Source: an uncultured Gemmataceae bacterium (GTDB lineage Bacteria > Planctomycetota > Planctomycetia > Gemmatales > Gemmataceae). From it: 64,000 nucleotides of DNA. Both the position numbers and the translations under genes were made by a program. The notes under the pieces are model-generated. The model was not told the origin of the DNA. It was given only the letters and a program-made list of their open reading frames with translations, and ran no database searches. The number at the start of each line of letters is the position of its first letter. Positions within the stretch are counted from its first letter, which is position 1. The stretch is from the NCBI GenBank assembly GCA_963750165.1, contig CAVVPN010000003.1:1440001-1504000 (forward strand), read 5' to 3'. This document shows positions 1 through 9,799 of this stretch, piece after piece.

Positions 1-78
1 GACCGACGCCAGAAGCAGGGCAAGCCGAGCGGGGCACGGGTTGACGCGGGGCGGGCGGGTCGTCCAGAGAGCGGACAT
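1..78 (-). CDS. 5' end of a gene running off the window (MSALWTTRPPRVNPCPARLALLLASV...), probable signal peptide
   Basis: ATG at 78 on the minus strand preceded by AAGGAG; open to the window edge; hydrophobic stretch after basic residues. Confidence 0.5.
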   Translation of the reverse strand, partial: MSALWTTRPPRVNPCPARLALLLASV

Positions 79-259
79 GCAGGCACTCCTTGGATGCGGG
101 CGCCACGGAGAATCAGATGGGTTCGACCCAGACCAACGGTCCCGGACACCGACACTGGTTTCAGAAGGGCGCGAACGACAACCAGAAGGGTGAACGGGCC
201 TTTTCCGAATGATGAATGAAAGAATTGTACAATACTGCCGTCGGGTGGGAAAGAAAAAA

Positions 260-354
260 GCTGACTGTCACGGATTGTGGAGCGGGTTTTTACGCCTTCG
301 GCGTAAAGATCGGCCCAGTTGAGATTGCCCGCCTCACAATCCGTAACGGTCAGC
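260..354. repeat. Imperfect ~27-bp inverted repeat enclosing a small TTTACGCC-TTC-GGCGTAAA hairpin; possible terminator of the hydrolase gene
   Basis: GCTGACTGTCACGGATTGTGGAGCGGG pairs with CCCGCCTCACAATCCGTAACGGTCAGC; A6 runs on both sides. Confidence 0.6.
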
Positions 355-443
355 AAAAAACACCGTCGTCGCCTTGCACATCGACTCCGTTGAACCGCCC
401 TTGGACAAGACGTTCCATCGACCGGGGCGCGCGGCGCCGCGGC

Positions 444-1286
444 TCACGCCGACAGCCCGGTCGTCGAGGGCACCTGACGGCCCAGCGGCGGCAGCCCCTC
501 CAGGAACTCCGTCACGCACTTCTGAAACAGCAGCCCGTCCTCGATGGGCGGCGCATGGCCGACGCCCGGCAGCACCACCAGCCGCGACCCCGGCAGCCGC
601 TCGTGCAGCCGTTCGCTGTAGCGCACCGGGCACACGCCATCGTCGGCGCCGGCGAGGACCAACACCGGGCAGCGGATGTCCTGCAGGCGCTCCTGGGCGT
701 CGAAGCGGCGCATGGCGTCGAGCTGTCGAAGGAAGCCGTCCAGCGGCTGCGGCTGCGGATTCTGTTGCAGCAGCCAGCGCAACCAGGTGATGCGCTCCGA
801 ACCCTCGAAGAAGCGCCAGCTAACCCACCAGGGCAGGATGGCGTCGAAGAACGCCGGCGTGTCCGCGACCTGGCGGCGGATCTTCTCGAAAGCCAGCAGG
901 GTATTGCAGAACCAGTCGTCGGCCCGGTCAAGGGTGTCTGCCAGCACCAGGCTGCGAACGCATTCGGGGGCACGCAGCGCCAGCTCCTGCGCGATCATGC
1001 CGCCCATCGACAGGCCGATGACGTGCGCCGGCGGCAGGTCGAGGCGGCGCAGCAGGCCGGCGTAGTCGTCAGCGAGGTCGGCGATGCTGTAGGGCTGGCC
1101 GGGGTGGCGCGTCTGGCCGACATCGCGGTTGTCCGGGGCCAGGGCACGGAACTTTTTGGCGAAGCCGCGCAGCTGGGCGGTCCAGTAGAGATGGTCGCCG
1201 CTCAGGCCGTTGAGGAATAACACGGGGTCACCCACGCCCTTGTCGGCGTAGAACAGTTCGATCGGCGGCAGGGAACTCCAGGGCAT
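444..1286 (-). CDS. Alpha/beta fold hydrolase (PcaD/enol-lactonase-like)
   Basis: G-L-S-M-G-G nucleophile elbow, DNRDVG, GADD acid and GVGH histidine motifs. Confidence 0.9.
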   Translation of the reverse strand: MPWSSLPPIELFYADKGVGDPVLFLNGLSGDHLYWTAQLRGFAKKFRALAPDNRDVGQTRHPGQPYSIADLADDYAGLLRRLDLPPAHVIGLSMGGMIAQELALRAPECVRSLVLADTLDRADDWFCNTLLAFEKIRRQVADTPAFFDAILPWWVSWRFFEGSERITWLRWLLQQNPQPQPLDGFLRQLDAMRRFDAQERLQDIRCPVLVLAGADDGVCPVRYSERLHERLPGSRLVVLPGVGHAPPIEDGLLFQKCVTEFLEGLPPLGRQVPSTTGLSA

Positions 1287-1380
1287 CGCGGATTCCTTTC
1301 CTGGCAAGCAGAGAAAACGTCGTCCGCCATTGTGCCGTTCACCGCGCGGCGGGTCAATGGCGTCCGCGGCTCACCTCATG

Positions 1381-1443
1381 GATCGAAGCCCAAGCACCAG
1401 CGCGGGGCCTGCTTGGCCCCGCGCTGGTGCTCGGGCTCCGATC
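1381..1443. repeat. REP-like palindrome, family A (GAGCCCGAGCGCCAGCGCGGG...CCCGCGCTGGCGCTCGGGCTC)
   Basis: Near-perfect hairpin; related copies at 9800, 20298 and 44010. Confidence 0.8.
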
Positions 1444-1469
1444 TGAAACAAGCGCCGGTGTGGTGACGA

Positions 1470-2594
1470 TTACTGCTTGACCGTCAGGGAGTAGAACCCC
1501 GTGGCGTTCGCATAGGTCGTGGCGATGACGCGGTAAGTGCCGGTTGCGGTGGGCGTGAAGACGATGCGGCTATCGAGGCCGTCGAAGTCGTCATTGAAGG
1601 CCAGCTGTTCGCCGGTGGCGTTCTCCAACCGCAGGTAGGGGTCCACCATGCCGCTCTTCATGTCGATCACGTAGCGGATGCCCTTCTGCAAGGTCACGTT
1701 GAACACCTGGCAGTGCGAGTTCGTCCGCACCCGGTCCTTCGCGTTCTTGGCGGTCAAACGGCCGTGGACCGCCAGCAGCGCCGGCCGCACCCGGGCCAGG
1801 GCCAGGTTGCCCGAGATCGACGGCGAGCAGTCGATCTCGCCGTCCTGGATCGGAGCGCCCAGCATCTTGTGGACGCGGGCCTGTGCGTAGCTGCGGACCT
1901 CCTTCAGGGTGACGACGCCATCGCCGTTGAAGTCAGCCTGGCCATCCAGGGCTTCATCGACCGCCTTGGCGAAGGCGCTGTAGCCCTTGTTGCTCAGGCA
2001 GACGCTCGTCTGGCCGGCCATGCTCGCGGTCAGCAGCACGATGCCGCCCCGGGCCGGCTCGGTGTGCCGCTGGAGCACGTCGCGGGCCATGATCCGCAGC
2101 TGCCCGGAGAAGCAGGCGTCGATCAGGATGATGACCTTTTTGCCCTCACTGGCCAGGGTGTCGGCCAGGTTGAGCATATCGCGGCCGGACACCTGCTGCT
2201 CGTCCACGGCCATGAAGCCCCAGTTGGTGCCGGTGCCGCAGTTGTGGCCGCTGGCGATCAGCACCACCCAGTCGCCCGCCTTGCCCTGCTGGCTCAGCCG
2301 ATCCATCGCCTTCAGGATGTCCTGCCGGCGGATTTCGTTGTCCTTGACGCGCACGTCCAGGTAGACCTTGCCGAACAGCTTGCCCTCCTGCGCCTTGAAA
2401 CGGTTCGCCAGGTAGATGGCGTCGTTGGCACAGCCCGGCAGTTTCTTCTGCTTGGGGTAGTTCTCGACGCCGATGCTGAGCACGTGGCACGCCGGCAGCG
2501 GGTCGTTGGCCCGGGCGGTGGAGGCTGCCAGGAACAGACTGGCCAGCGCGGCAGCCCAGAGGAGACGCTTTCCGTTGTGGTAGATCCGTTGCAT
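1470..2594 (-). CDS. Secreted caspase-family (peptidase C14) protein with C-terminal PPC domain
   Basis: Signal peptide; LSIGVENY, SGH and DAC catalytic dyad, ADFNGDGVVT; C-terminal DPYLRL...NDD...TGTYRVIAT PPC motif. Confidence 0.85.
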   Translation of the reverse strand: MQRIYHNGKRLLWAAALASLFLAASTARANDPLPACHVLSIGVENYPKQKKLPGCANDAIYLANRFKAQEGKLFGKVYLDVRVKDNEIRRQDILKAMDRLSQQGKAGDWVVLIASGHNCGTGTNWGFMAVDEQQVSGRDMLNLADTLASEGKKVIILIDACFSGQLRIMARDVLQRHTEPARGGIVLLTASMAGQTSVCLSNKGYSAFAKAVDEALDGQADFNGDGVVTLKEVRSYAQARVHKMLGAPIQDGEIDCSPSISGNLALARVRPALLAVHGRLTAKNAKDRVRTNSHCQVFNVTLQKGIRYVIDMKSGMVDPYLRLENATGEQLAFNDDFDGLDSRIVFTPTATGTYRVIATTYANATGFYSLTVKQ

Positions 2595-2736
2595 TGCTTT
2601 GCCCTTTCCTCAGAAGAACAGCGATGATGATTTCCGGGAAGTCGCCGGGCCCCCTTTGGCCCTGCCGTTCGTTCCCGTGTGCAGTTCTCTAACGGGAGGG
2701 GACGCCGTTGTGACAAACGCGGGGAGGATTTTTTTC

Positions 2737-2889
2737 TGCCGCTTGCGGCTTAACGCTCCGCAACTCTTCAGTCGCCTCGAAGGAACGTCTCAATCACCGT
2801 GCGTGAATGTATAGCATAAGATTCAGGCAGCTGCCTTCGCTGAGGGTACTGCGGCGGTTGGGTTTTTGTAAGTTGAGTCGTAAGCGGCA
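2737..2889. repeat. ~150-bp element bounded by imperfect inverted repeats of REP family B (TGCCGCTTGCGGCTT)
   Basis: TGCCGCTTGCGGCTTAAC vs GTTGAGTCGTAAGCGGCA (15/18 complementary); same ends as the 40708 repeat. Confidence 0.6.
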
Positions 2890-2932
2890 AAGAAACAATC
2901 GGCCAACCTCTTCATCAACTGGGTATCGATTC

Positions 2933-3915
2933 ATGCGTGTGCTGTTGACGGGCGGCTACGGCTGCATCGGCTGCTGGATCGCGCGACAGCTGTTGGAGCG
3001 CGGCGACCAGGTGTGCATCTACGACCTGAAGGAGGACCACCGCCGGCTGCGGTTGATCCTCGACGACGAGCGTATCCGGCAAATCCGCTTCATCCCCGGC
3101 GACGTGACAGACCTGGCGGCCCTGCGCGGCGCCTGGACGCGCACCAGATCACGCACCTGGTTCACCTGGCGGGCCTGCAGGTGCCGACGTGCCGGGCGGA
3201 CCCGCTGCTCGGCGCGAAGGTGAATGTGCTGGGCACGCTGGCGGTGTTTGAGGCGGTGCGGCAGTCGGGCGGTCGGGTGCAGCGGCTTGTGTATGCCAGC
3301 TCGGCGGCGGTGTTCGGGCCGCCGGGCGACTATCCGCCGGGGCCGCTCGACGACGACGTGCCGCTGCGGCCGACGACGCACTACGGCTACTTCAAGTGCT
3401 GCAACGAGGGCAACGCCCGCACTTACTTTCAGGATCACGGCCTGTCGAGCATTGGTCTGCGGCCGTGGACGGTGTACGGCGTCGGCCGCGACTTCGGCAT
3501 GACCAGCGAACCGACCAGGGCCATCAAGTCGCTGGCGCTGGGCCGGCCCTATCACATCACCTACGGCGGCGTGCAGGACCTGCAATACGTCGAGGACGTG
3601 GCGGGGGTGTTCGTGCGCTGCCTGGAGGCGCCGTACCAGGGCGCGAAGTCGTACAACCTGCGCGGCGACGTGGTTGATCTACCGACGTTCCACCGGGCGC
3701 TGGTGGAGGTCGAGCCGGCGGCGGCGCAGCTGGTCACGTATGGCGAGCGGCAGATCGCGATTGCCTACGACCTGTCCGACGCGGCACTGCAGCGCGACCT
3801 GGGACCACTGCCGCGGACGCCGCTGGGCGAGGGTGTGCGGTGGACGCTGCGGCAGTTTCGTGAGCTGCGGGCGGCGGGGCGGCTGGACACGTATGATCTG
3901 GAGGCGGTCGCCTGA
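2933..3915 (+). CDS. NAD-dependent epimerase/dehydratase (extended SDR), one frameshift near 3132
   Basis: MRVLLTGGYGCIG Rossmann motif in one frame; HLAG, SSAAVFG and YGYFK (YxxxK) in the next frame. Confidence 0.85.
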
Positions 3916-3960
3916 CCGTTTGCGGAGGATGCATCCCCGTAGCTGCGCCGGGATCGCTTT

Positions 3961-4019
3961 GTGGGACGGCTCTCCAGAGCCATCGGAGCGCCTCCGACGG
4001 CTCTGGAGAGCCGTCCCAC
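3961..4019. repeat. REP-like palindrome, family C (GTGGGACGGCTCTCCAGAGCC...GGCTCTGGAGAGCCGTCCCAC)
   Basis: Long hairpin; half-copy at 11867-11890. Confidence 0.8.
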
Positions 4020-4069
4020 GAAGGTGATTCGCTGCCCCTGCAACGCGGGATACACCCGATTGCGGATTC

Positions 4070-4204
4070 TTCGAGGCGGTCGCCTTCCTGAAGACGCGGC
4101 TGAAGCCGGCGGCCGCCGCGGACCCGAAGCGGCTGGAAAAGCTGTCCGCGGACCCGGACGCCAAGCAGTTTGCCACGCGCCAGCAGGCGGCCAAGGACCT
4201 CGAC
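4070..4204 (+). pseudogene. Gene fragment resembling the C-terminal helical domain of Gemmataceae WD40 proteins
   Basis: Reads FEAVAFLKTRLKPAAAADPKRLEKLSADPDAKQFATRQQAAKDL with no start codon of its own. Confidence 0.45.
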
Positions 4205-4267
4205 ATGGTTACAATCGAGATGGATGGTTTGCTGGAATTCGACCAGGAACTCAAGGGAGACGAACGC

Positions 4268-4605
4268 ATGGCCTCTGTCCCTGGGGAGCAGACCCCAGCC
4301 GCCCAGCCGGCGGAGACGGTCGAGGAACGCTTTCGGCGCCTGGCAGCGGCCTGGCACAAGGCGGTCGCCCATCACTCCTCGACCACAGTGCGAAATAACC
4401 ATCCCGCCTACCGGGAGATCATTGCCCTGGGCCCAGAGGTTCTGCCGTTCCTCCTGCGCGATCTGGAAGAGAACCACACCCACTGGTTCTACGCCCTGCG
4501 AGAGATCACGGGGGCCAACCCTATCCCGGAGAACGCGGCGGGTAACATCCCGTTGCTGGCGGAAGCCTGGCTGCGCTGGCGCGGGAGCACGGCCACCGAT
4601 GGTAG
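4268..4605 (+). CDS. Small conserved hypothetical protein (HPAYREII...WFYALREITG...WLRW), frameshift near 4579; possible antitoxin
   Basis: GGGAG RBS; adding one G gives the end WAREHGHRW* overlapping the next ATG. Confidence 0.6.
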
Positions 4606-4823
4606 ACCCGCTGGTGGAACTCTTTCCCGGCCTGACCAGGGGCGGTTACCGCAGCACCAGCCCGAAGGACAAGAAGTACAACTGTATCGCCCACGCCGCC
4701 GCGGATGACGGGCGCTGGTGGGGGCCGACCCCTCTCAATGTCAATGAAGTCTTCTGGCCTGCCGGCTGGCGCGTTGCGTCTGCCAGCGCCTTTCGGGCCG
4801 GTCGCAAAGCGACGCCCGAGTGA
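4599..4823 (+). pseudogene. Truncated DUF7689-like protein (FPGL...TSP...YNCIAHAA...WW.P...FWP)
   Basis: Recognisable N-terminal motif, then similarity is lost after about 55 aa. Confidence 0.5.
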
Positions 4824-4949
4824 GCGCATCCGGGTTGGTGCGGGTAGCGCCGCGTTCAGGGCCTCAAGAACAAGTTGTCCGCCCGCCAAACCCTGCTACG
4901 ATGGACATGGGCCCCGTCCGCCGCGGTTCGCTTCAGGAGTTTGCCGACC

Positions 4950-6935
4950 ATGCAGCTTGCCGACGTTCTGTCCCTGCTGGCCCTGCGTCAGATCTCCCCC
5001 TCGCCGACGACCGACGCGCTGGCCGAGCGCCTGCGCGGCGCCGGCTCGCGGCTAACCGGCGCCCTGCAACACGCCCTGCACCGCGCCTGGCAGGCGCTGG
5101 AAGTCGTGCTGGCCGGCGATGGCTTCTGGGACGGCTGCCAGGTGTTCCTCGACGCCGCGGCGTGTACCCGACTGAAGCAACAGGTGCAGCTGCTGCGGAC
5201 CGCGGCATTGCCTGGAAAATCCGCCGGCCGCGCCAGCGTACTGCGGCCCGCCTGCGGTCGTGAGCTGCGTGCCCTGCGCCGCGCCGGCCTGCTGACGCCC
5301 GCCGGCGGCACCGGCGAACGCCTGGCCGAGCACGCCCCACTGCTGGCCCCTGACCTGCCGGACGCGGAGGCCGAACTGCTCCGCCGCCTGCGCGACGAGT
5401 TACGCCGCGTCCAGGCGCCGACGCTGGCCACGCTCTTCGACTCCACCCCGGGCAGTGAACCGCCACTGCTGCTGGTGGCCGTGCGCTGCCTGCTGCGGCA
5501 GGAGATTCTGGCCCAGCCGGAGCTGACGCAGTTGCTGCCGCTGGACGAGCGCCGGCTGGCGCCGCCGACGCAGATGGTGGCGCTGATGGGGCTGTGCGAT
5601 CTGCTGGTCGAGCATGGCCGTGGGCTGCAGGAGTGGCTGGCCGAGGACGCGACGCCGGCGCCGAGCCGCGCAGCAGGCAAGTCGGCCGCGCAGCAGGCGC
5701 AGCAGGGTGACACCGGCAGCGCCGCCGCTGCCCCGGCGACCGCCACCGCCAGCGCCGCCGCGGCCGCCGCCCCCGGTGCGGCCGCCCCACCGCCCGCGGA
5801 CGCCGACCCCGGTGGCGACGACGGCAAGAAAAAATACACGCCACGGCAGCGACTGCTGGCTGCGGCGGTGGTGCTGGCCTGCCTGGCGGTGCCGGCCCTG
5901 ATCGTCTTCTGGTTCTTCCAGCTCCATGCCGTCCGCGAGGTGCAGCGCTTCGAGGGCCACGAAAAACCGGTCACCGCCGTGGCGCTGTCGGCCGACGGCA
6001 AGCTGGTGCTGTCCGCCGGCCTCGACAGGACGCTGCGAGTCTGGGACGCCGAGACCGGCAAGGAGCTGCGCCGCCTGGAGGGCGACGACGGCCACAAGCA
6101 GCCGGTGTACAGCGTGCTGTTCGCGCCGGAGGGCCGCCTGGCCCTGGCGATCAGCGAGGATCGCGCCACCCTCTGGGACGTGGACGCCGGCAAACTCGTC
6201 AACGGCATCTACTTCCAGGAGGGGGTGTCGGGCCACGGCTACTTCCTCAAGGGCGCAGCGTATCTGCTGACGTTCAACGGGCGGACGCATGACTGCATCG
6301 TCTGGCGAATCGACCAGGCGCCGCGGCCGGGCGGCATGTTCAAGACGCCGCTGTCGTCGCGGATCCTCAAATTCCCCGGGCCAAAGATGGCCGTCTACAG
6401 CATCGCCATCGATCCCGAAGGCAAGCACATCGCCTTCGGCGGTTACAGGGACATCGTGCTGTACGAGGTTGTGACGGGCAAGGAAGTGGCCCGGCTCGAG
6501 GGACACACCGACATCGTGCTGAGCCTGGCGTTTTCGCCGGACGGCAAGCGGCTGGTCTCCGGCGGCGAGGATCTGGCGCTGCGGTTGTGGAACCTGGAAA
6601 CGGGCAAGACGCTGGCCAAACGGGAGGGCAAGGACGGCCATCACAGTCAGGTGGTGTGCGTGGCCTTCGCACCGGATGGCAAGCGCGTGCTGACCGGCAG
6701 CACCGGCACCAAGGGCCGCCTGGGCGAGAAGAAGGACGTGACCGACCGCCGTACGCTGCGCGTCTGGGAGATCACCGACCCCGATCCGCGCACCGGCGAA
6801 GTTTTCCTGTACGAGGAGCGGCTCTTCGAGGTGCCCTACGGGGCCATCCGGGCGGCGGCCTTCTCGGCGGAGGGCGACCGGGTGGTGTCCGGTGGCGACG
6901 ACCTGTGCGTGCGGCTGTGGCAGCTGCCGCGCTAG
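4950..6935 (+). CDS. Membrane-anchored WD40-repeat protein with N-terminal helical domain
   Basis: CAGGAG RBS; one TM helix; several GH...WD repeats. Confidence 0.85.
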   Translation: MQLADVLSLLALRQISPSPTTDALAERLRGAGSRLTGALQHALHRAWQALEVVLAGDGFWDGCQVFLDAAACTRLKQQVQLLRTAALPGKSAGRASVLRPACGRELRALRRAGLLTPAGGTGERLAEHAPLLAPDLPDAEAELLRRLRDELRRVQAPTLATLFDSTPGSEPPLLLVAVRCLLRQEILAQPELTQLLPLDERRLAPPTQMVALMGLCDLLVEHGRGLQEWLAEDATPAPSRAAGKSAAQQAQQGDTGSAAAAPATATASAAAAAAPGAAAPPPADADPGGDDGKKKYTPRQRLLAAAVVLACLAVPALIVFWFFQLHAVREVQRFEGHEKPVTAVALSADGKLVLSAGLDRTLRVWDAETGKELRRLEGDDGHKQPVYSVLFAPEGRLALAISEDRATLWDVDAGKLVNGIYFQEGVSGHGYFLKGAAYLLTFNGRTHDCIVWRIDQAPRPGGMFKTPLSSRILKFPGPKMAVYSIAIDPEGKHIAFGGYRDIVLYEVVTGKEVARLEGHTDIVLSLAFSPDGKRLVSGGEDLALRLWNLETGKTLAKREGKDGHHSQVVCVAFAPDGKRVLTGSTGTKGRLGEKKDVTDRRTLRVWEITDPDPRTGEVFLYEERLFEVPYGAIRAAAFSAEGDRVVSGGDDLCVRLWQLPR

Positions 6936-6942
6936 CCCGGAG

Positions 6943-7097
6943 GATTCACCACAGAGCACGCGGAGTGCGCAGAGAACAGACAAAGCGGATCCACAGATGA
7001 CACAGATAATACAGATAAAAACCAATTCAAATGTCTTTATCTATGTCATCTGTGGATCGATTCCTCGGTCTTCTCTCGGCGTGCTCTGTGGTGAATC
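6943..7097. repeat. Nested inverted repeats (outer TTCACCACAGAGCACGC, inner GATCCACAGATGACACAGATAA)
   Basis: Outer arms at 6943-6961 and 7079-7097; inner arms at 6988-7009 and 7037-7058. Confidence 0.8.
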
Positions 7098-7121
7098 ATT
7101 CGGGATAAGAGGGTGCCGCCG

Positions 7122-7535
7122 ATGCCGCTGAAGACCAAGCGCTGGAACGATCCCGCCGAGCGCAGCGATGGCCTGCGATTGCTGATCTGCCGTTACCGGC
7201 CGCGGGCGCTGCCGAAGGAGGATGAAACCTGGGACGCCTGGTGTCAGCAACTGGCACCGAGCAAGGAACTGCACGCGGACTACTACGGCAAGCACGGGCC
7301 GCCGATCACGCTGGAGGAGTACACGCGCCGCTTCCTGCAGGAGATGGAGGCGCAACAGGAGTTCCTGGACGAGATCGCAGCAATGGTGGCGGAGGGCAAG
7401 ACGGTGACGCTGCTGTGCTCGTCGGCGTGCGTCGATGCGGCGAAGTGTCACCGCACGCTGCTACGGCGACTGATCGAGGCGCGGCTCTCCGGTGGAATTA
7501 CCCCTGGCCAAGTCGCGCCGCGGCCGGCAGAATAG
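7122..7535 (+). CDS. DUF488 (YeaO-like) family protein
   Basis: DGLRLLICRYRPR, LAPSKEL, VTLLC and CHR motifs. Confidence 0.85.
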   Translation: MPLKTKRWNDPAERSDGLRLLICRYRPRALPKEDETWDAWCQQLAPSKELHADYYGKHGPPITLEEYTRRFLQEMEAQQEFLDEIAAMVAEGKTVTLLCSSACVDAAKCHRTLLRRLIEARLSGGITPGQVAPRPAE

Positions 7536-7597
7536 CCCTGCGTTGACGCCGAACCGTAAGGGCGTTCGGACCTGGTGCAATTCGAGGATGTGTTGCC

Positions 7598-8389
7598 ATG
7601 TGGAAATTTGCGGCCATCGCGGTGGCGGTTCTGGGCCTGACGGCGAGCGCGGCCGACGCGCTGGAGCTGAAGAACGTCCGCTCTACCTACGGCCCCTTCG
7701 GCTCAGTGCGGCCCGGCAACAAGTTCATGTCGGGCGACTCCATCGTGCTGCAATACGACATCGACGGCCTGCAATTCGACAAGGACACCAACAACGTCAG
7801 TTACACCGCCACCGTGGAAGTGTTTAACGCCAAGAAGGAGTCGATCTTCAAGAAGGCGACGCCCGTCCGCCTGCAGGTCGTGCTCGGCGGGCCGACCGTC
7901 ACCGGCTACGGCGGGATCCTGCTAAACGACCTGAAGCCCGGCGCCTATCGCGCCAAAATCACCGTCGTGGACAAGGCCAACGACAAGTCCACCTCGTTCG
8001 ACTACGCCTTTGAAATCCTGCCGCAGGAGTTCGGCTTCGTCCACCCGTACCTGCCAGCCTACTGGTACCTCAACGGCGGCGAGTACGCGGGGCAGATCGC
8101 CGTCGTCGGCATGGGCCGCGACGCCAAAAAAATGGCCAACGTGGACATCCTCGTCAAGATCCTCGACGAGCAGGGCAAGCCGACCCTGACCAAACCGTGG
8201 TCCCTGAACGTGCCCAGGGACATCCCCGAAGAATACAGAGACAAGGACTTCTTCCCGGTGCTGATCGCGCTGACCCTGACACGCACCGGCACGTTTCGCG
8301 TCCAGGTCGAGGCCATCGACCGGGTTTCCAAGAAGACCGCCAAGCTCAGCTTCCCGCTCAAGGTGGTTGATCCCAGCGCGGTCAAGTGA
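7598..8389 (+). CDS. Secreted hypothetical protein, probably two Ig-like beta-sandwich domains
   Basis: Signal peptide; beta-rich; GC3-biased codons. Confidence 0.8.
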   Translation: MWKFAAIAVAVLGLTASAADALELKNVRSTYGPFGSVRPGNKFMSGDSIVLQYDIDGLQFDKDTNNVSYTATVEVFNAKKESIFKKATPVRLQVVLGGPTVTGYGGILLNDLKPGAYRAKITVVDKANDKSTSFDYAFEILPQEFGFVHPYLPAYWYLNGGEYAGQIAVVGMGRDAKKMANVDILVKILDEQGKPTLTKPWSLNVPRDIPEEYRDKDFFPVLIALTLTRTGTFRVQVEAIDRVSKKTAKLSFPLKVVDPSAVK

Positions 8390-8408
8390 GCGCCGGGAGC
8401 ATCATGTA

Positions 8409-8470
8409 CGGTGAGCCGTGAGCCTCGGGCGAGCGCCGGTCGCGCTCCCCCGAGGCTCGCGGCCAAACGG
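8409..8470. repeat. REP-like palindrome (GCCGTGAGCCTCGGG...CCCGAGGCTCGCGGC)
   Basis: Intergenic imperfect hairpin. Confidence 0.55.
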
Positions 8471-8512
8471 GTTGCGACGCCCGTCGCCACGGACCCCTAC
8501 AAAGAGGCAGCC

Positions 8513-9121
8513 ATGACCCCAACGCAGCAGCAAATCGCCCAGTTCCGCAAGATGGCGACGGATGACCCCGAGAACGAACTGGCTCATTTCCGCCTGGGCC
8601 AGCTGCTCATGAACGAGCAGCAGTTCGCCGAGGCGGCCGACAGCTTGCGGTGCACCCTGGTGCTGAGTCCGCAATTCTCCAAGGCGTTTCAGCTACTCGG
8701 CGCCTGCCTGATGCAACTGGGCCGCCACGACGAGGCCGTGCGCGTGCTCCGGGACGGCTACGCCGTCGCCAGCGCGCGCGGCGACAACATCCCGCGTGAG
8801 GAGATGGCCAAATTGCTCGTGGAACTGGGCGAAGCGCCGCCCGCGGCGGCGCGCGGCCCGGCGGCCGGCGGCGCCGCCACCGGCTTCCGCTGCTCAGCGC
8901 CGCGCTGCGTGGCCGGTGCCGCGGCCCGGCGGCTGCCGAAGCCGCCAATGAACGACGCGCTGGGCCGCGAGATTTACGAGCGCGTCTGCGCCGACTGCTG
9001 GGAGCAGTGGTTGCGGCGCGACAGCATCAAGGTCATCAACGAGGGCCACCTGGACCTGAGCACCGAACAGGGCCAGACGTTTTACGATCACTTCATGCGC
9101 GAGATGCTCGGCCTCGTCTGA
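8513..9121 (+). CDS. TPR + Fe(II)-trafficking YggX-like domain protein
   Basis: N-terminal TPRs; C-terminal PP...LGREIYERVCADCWEQWL...INE..LDL YggX signature. Confidence 0.8.
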   Translation: MTPTQQQIAQFRKMATDDPENELAHFRLGQLLMNEQQFAEAADSLRCTLVLSPQFSKAFQLLGACLMQLGRHDEAVRVLRDGYAVASARGDNIPREEMAKLLVELGEAPPAAARGPAAGGAATGFRCSAPRCVAGAAARRLPKPPMNDALGREIYERVCADCWEQWLRRDSIKVINEGHLDLSTEQGQTFYDHFMREMLGLV

Positions 9122-9136
9122 GCCTGGGGAGTAACC

Positions 9137-9787
9137 ATGCAGCCCGACGGATGCGAATACCTGGTGAACCACGGCAAGAGCGGGGCCGTTGGCCGCTTCG
9201 TCTCGGCGGCGCCGCTCGGGCTGCAGCGCGGCGACCGGGTGGTGGTGCGTTCGCGGCGCGGTCTGGAGGTCGGCACTGTGCTGTGTCCGGCGAACGCGCG
9301 GCACGCGCGCTTGCTGGTCGGCGTGCTGGTCGGTGAACTGCTGCGGTCGGCCGGGGTGGACGACGATGCGGCGCTGGTGCGGCTGCAACCGCTGGCACAG
9401 CGGCTGTTCGACGACAGCCGCCGACTGGTGCGCGAGCTGGACCTGCCCGCGGAGGTGCTCGACGTGGAGGTGCTGCTGGACGGCCGGGCGGTTGTGCAGC
9501 ACGTCCAGGCGGCGGCGTGCGACTGGGAGCCATTCGTCGCCGCCCTGGGGCGGCACGGCGTGGACGTTCTGCTGGAAGACCTGGCGCTGCCCGCGGAGCC
9601 GGAGGCGTCGTCAGCGAGCGGCTGTGGCGAGCCGAACTGCGGCCGTGCTGGCGGTGGGGGCGGTTGCTCCACCTGTGGCAGCGGCGGCGGCTGTTCGTCA
9701 TGCGGTTCGGGCGGCGTGGACTTGCAGGCGTACTTCGCTCACCTACGCGACAAGATGGAGCAGACTCAGCGAACGTCGTTGCTATAG
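9137..9787 (+). CDS. PSP1/RicT-related protein with Cys-rich tail
   Basis: RGDRVVVRSRRGLEVGTVL motif; CGEPNCG...CSTCG...CSSCG tail. Confidence 0.75.
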   Translation: MQPDGCEYLVNHGKSGAVGRFVSAAPLGLQRGDRVVVRSRRGLEVGTVLCPANARHARLLVGVLVGELLRSAGVDDDAALVRLQPLAQRLFDDSRRLVRELDLPAEVLDVEVLLDGRAVVQHVQAAACDWEPFVAALGRHGVDVLLEDLALPAEPEASSASGCGEPNCGRAGGGGGCSTCGSGGGCSSCGSGGVDLQAYFAHLRDKMEQTQRTSLL

Positions 9788-9799
9788 GAGCAAGTTCGA

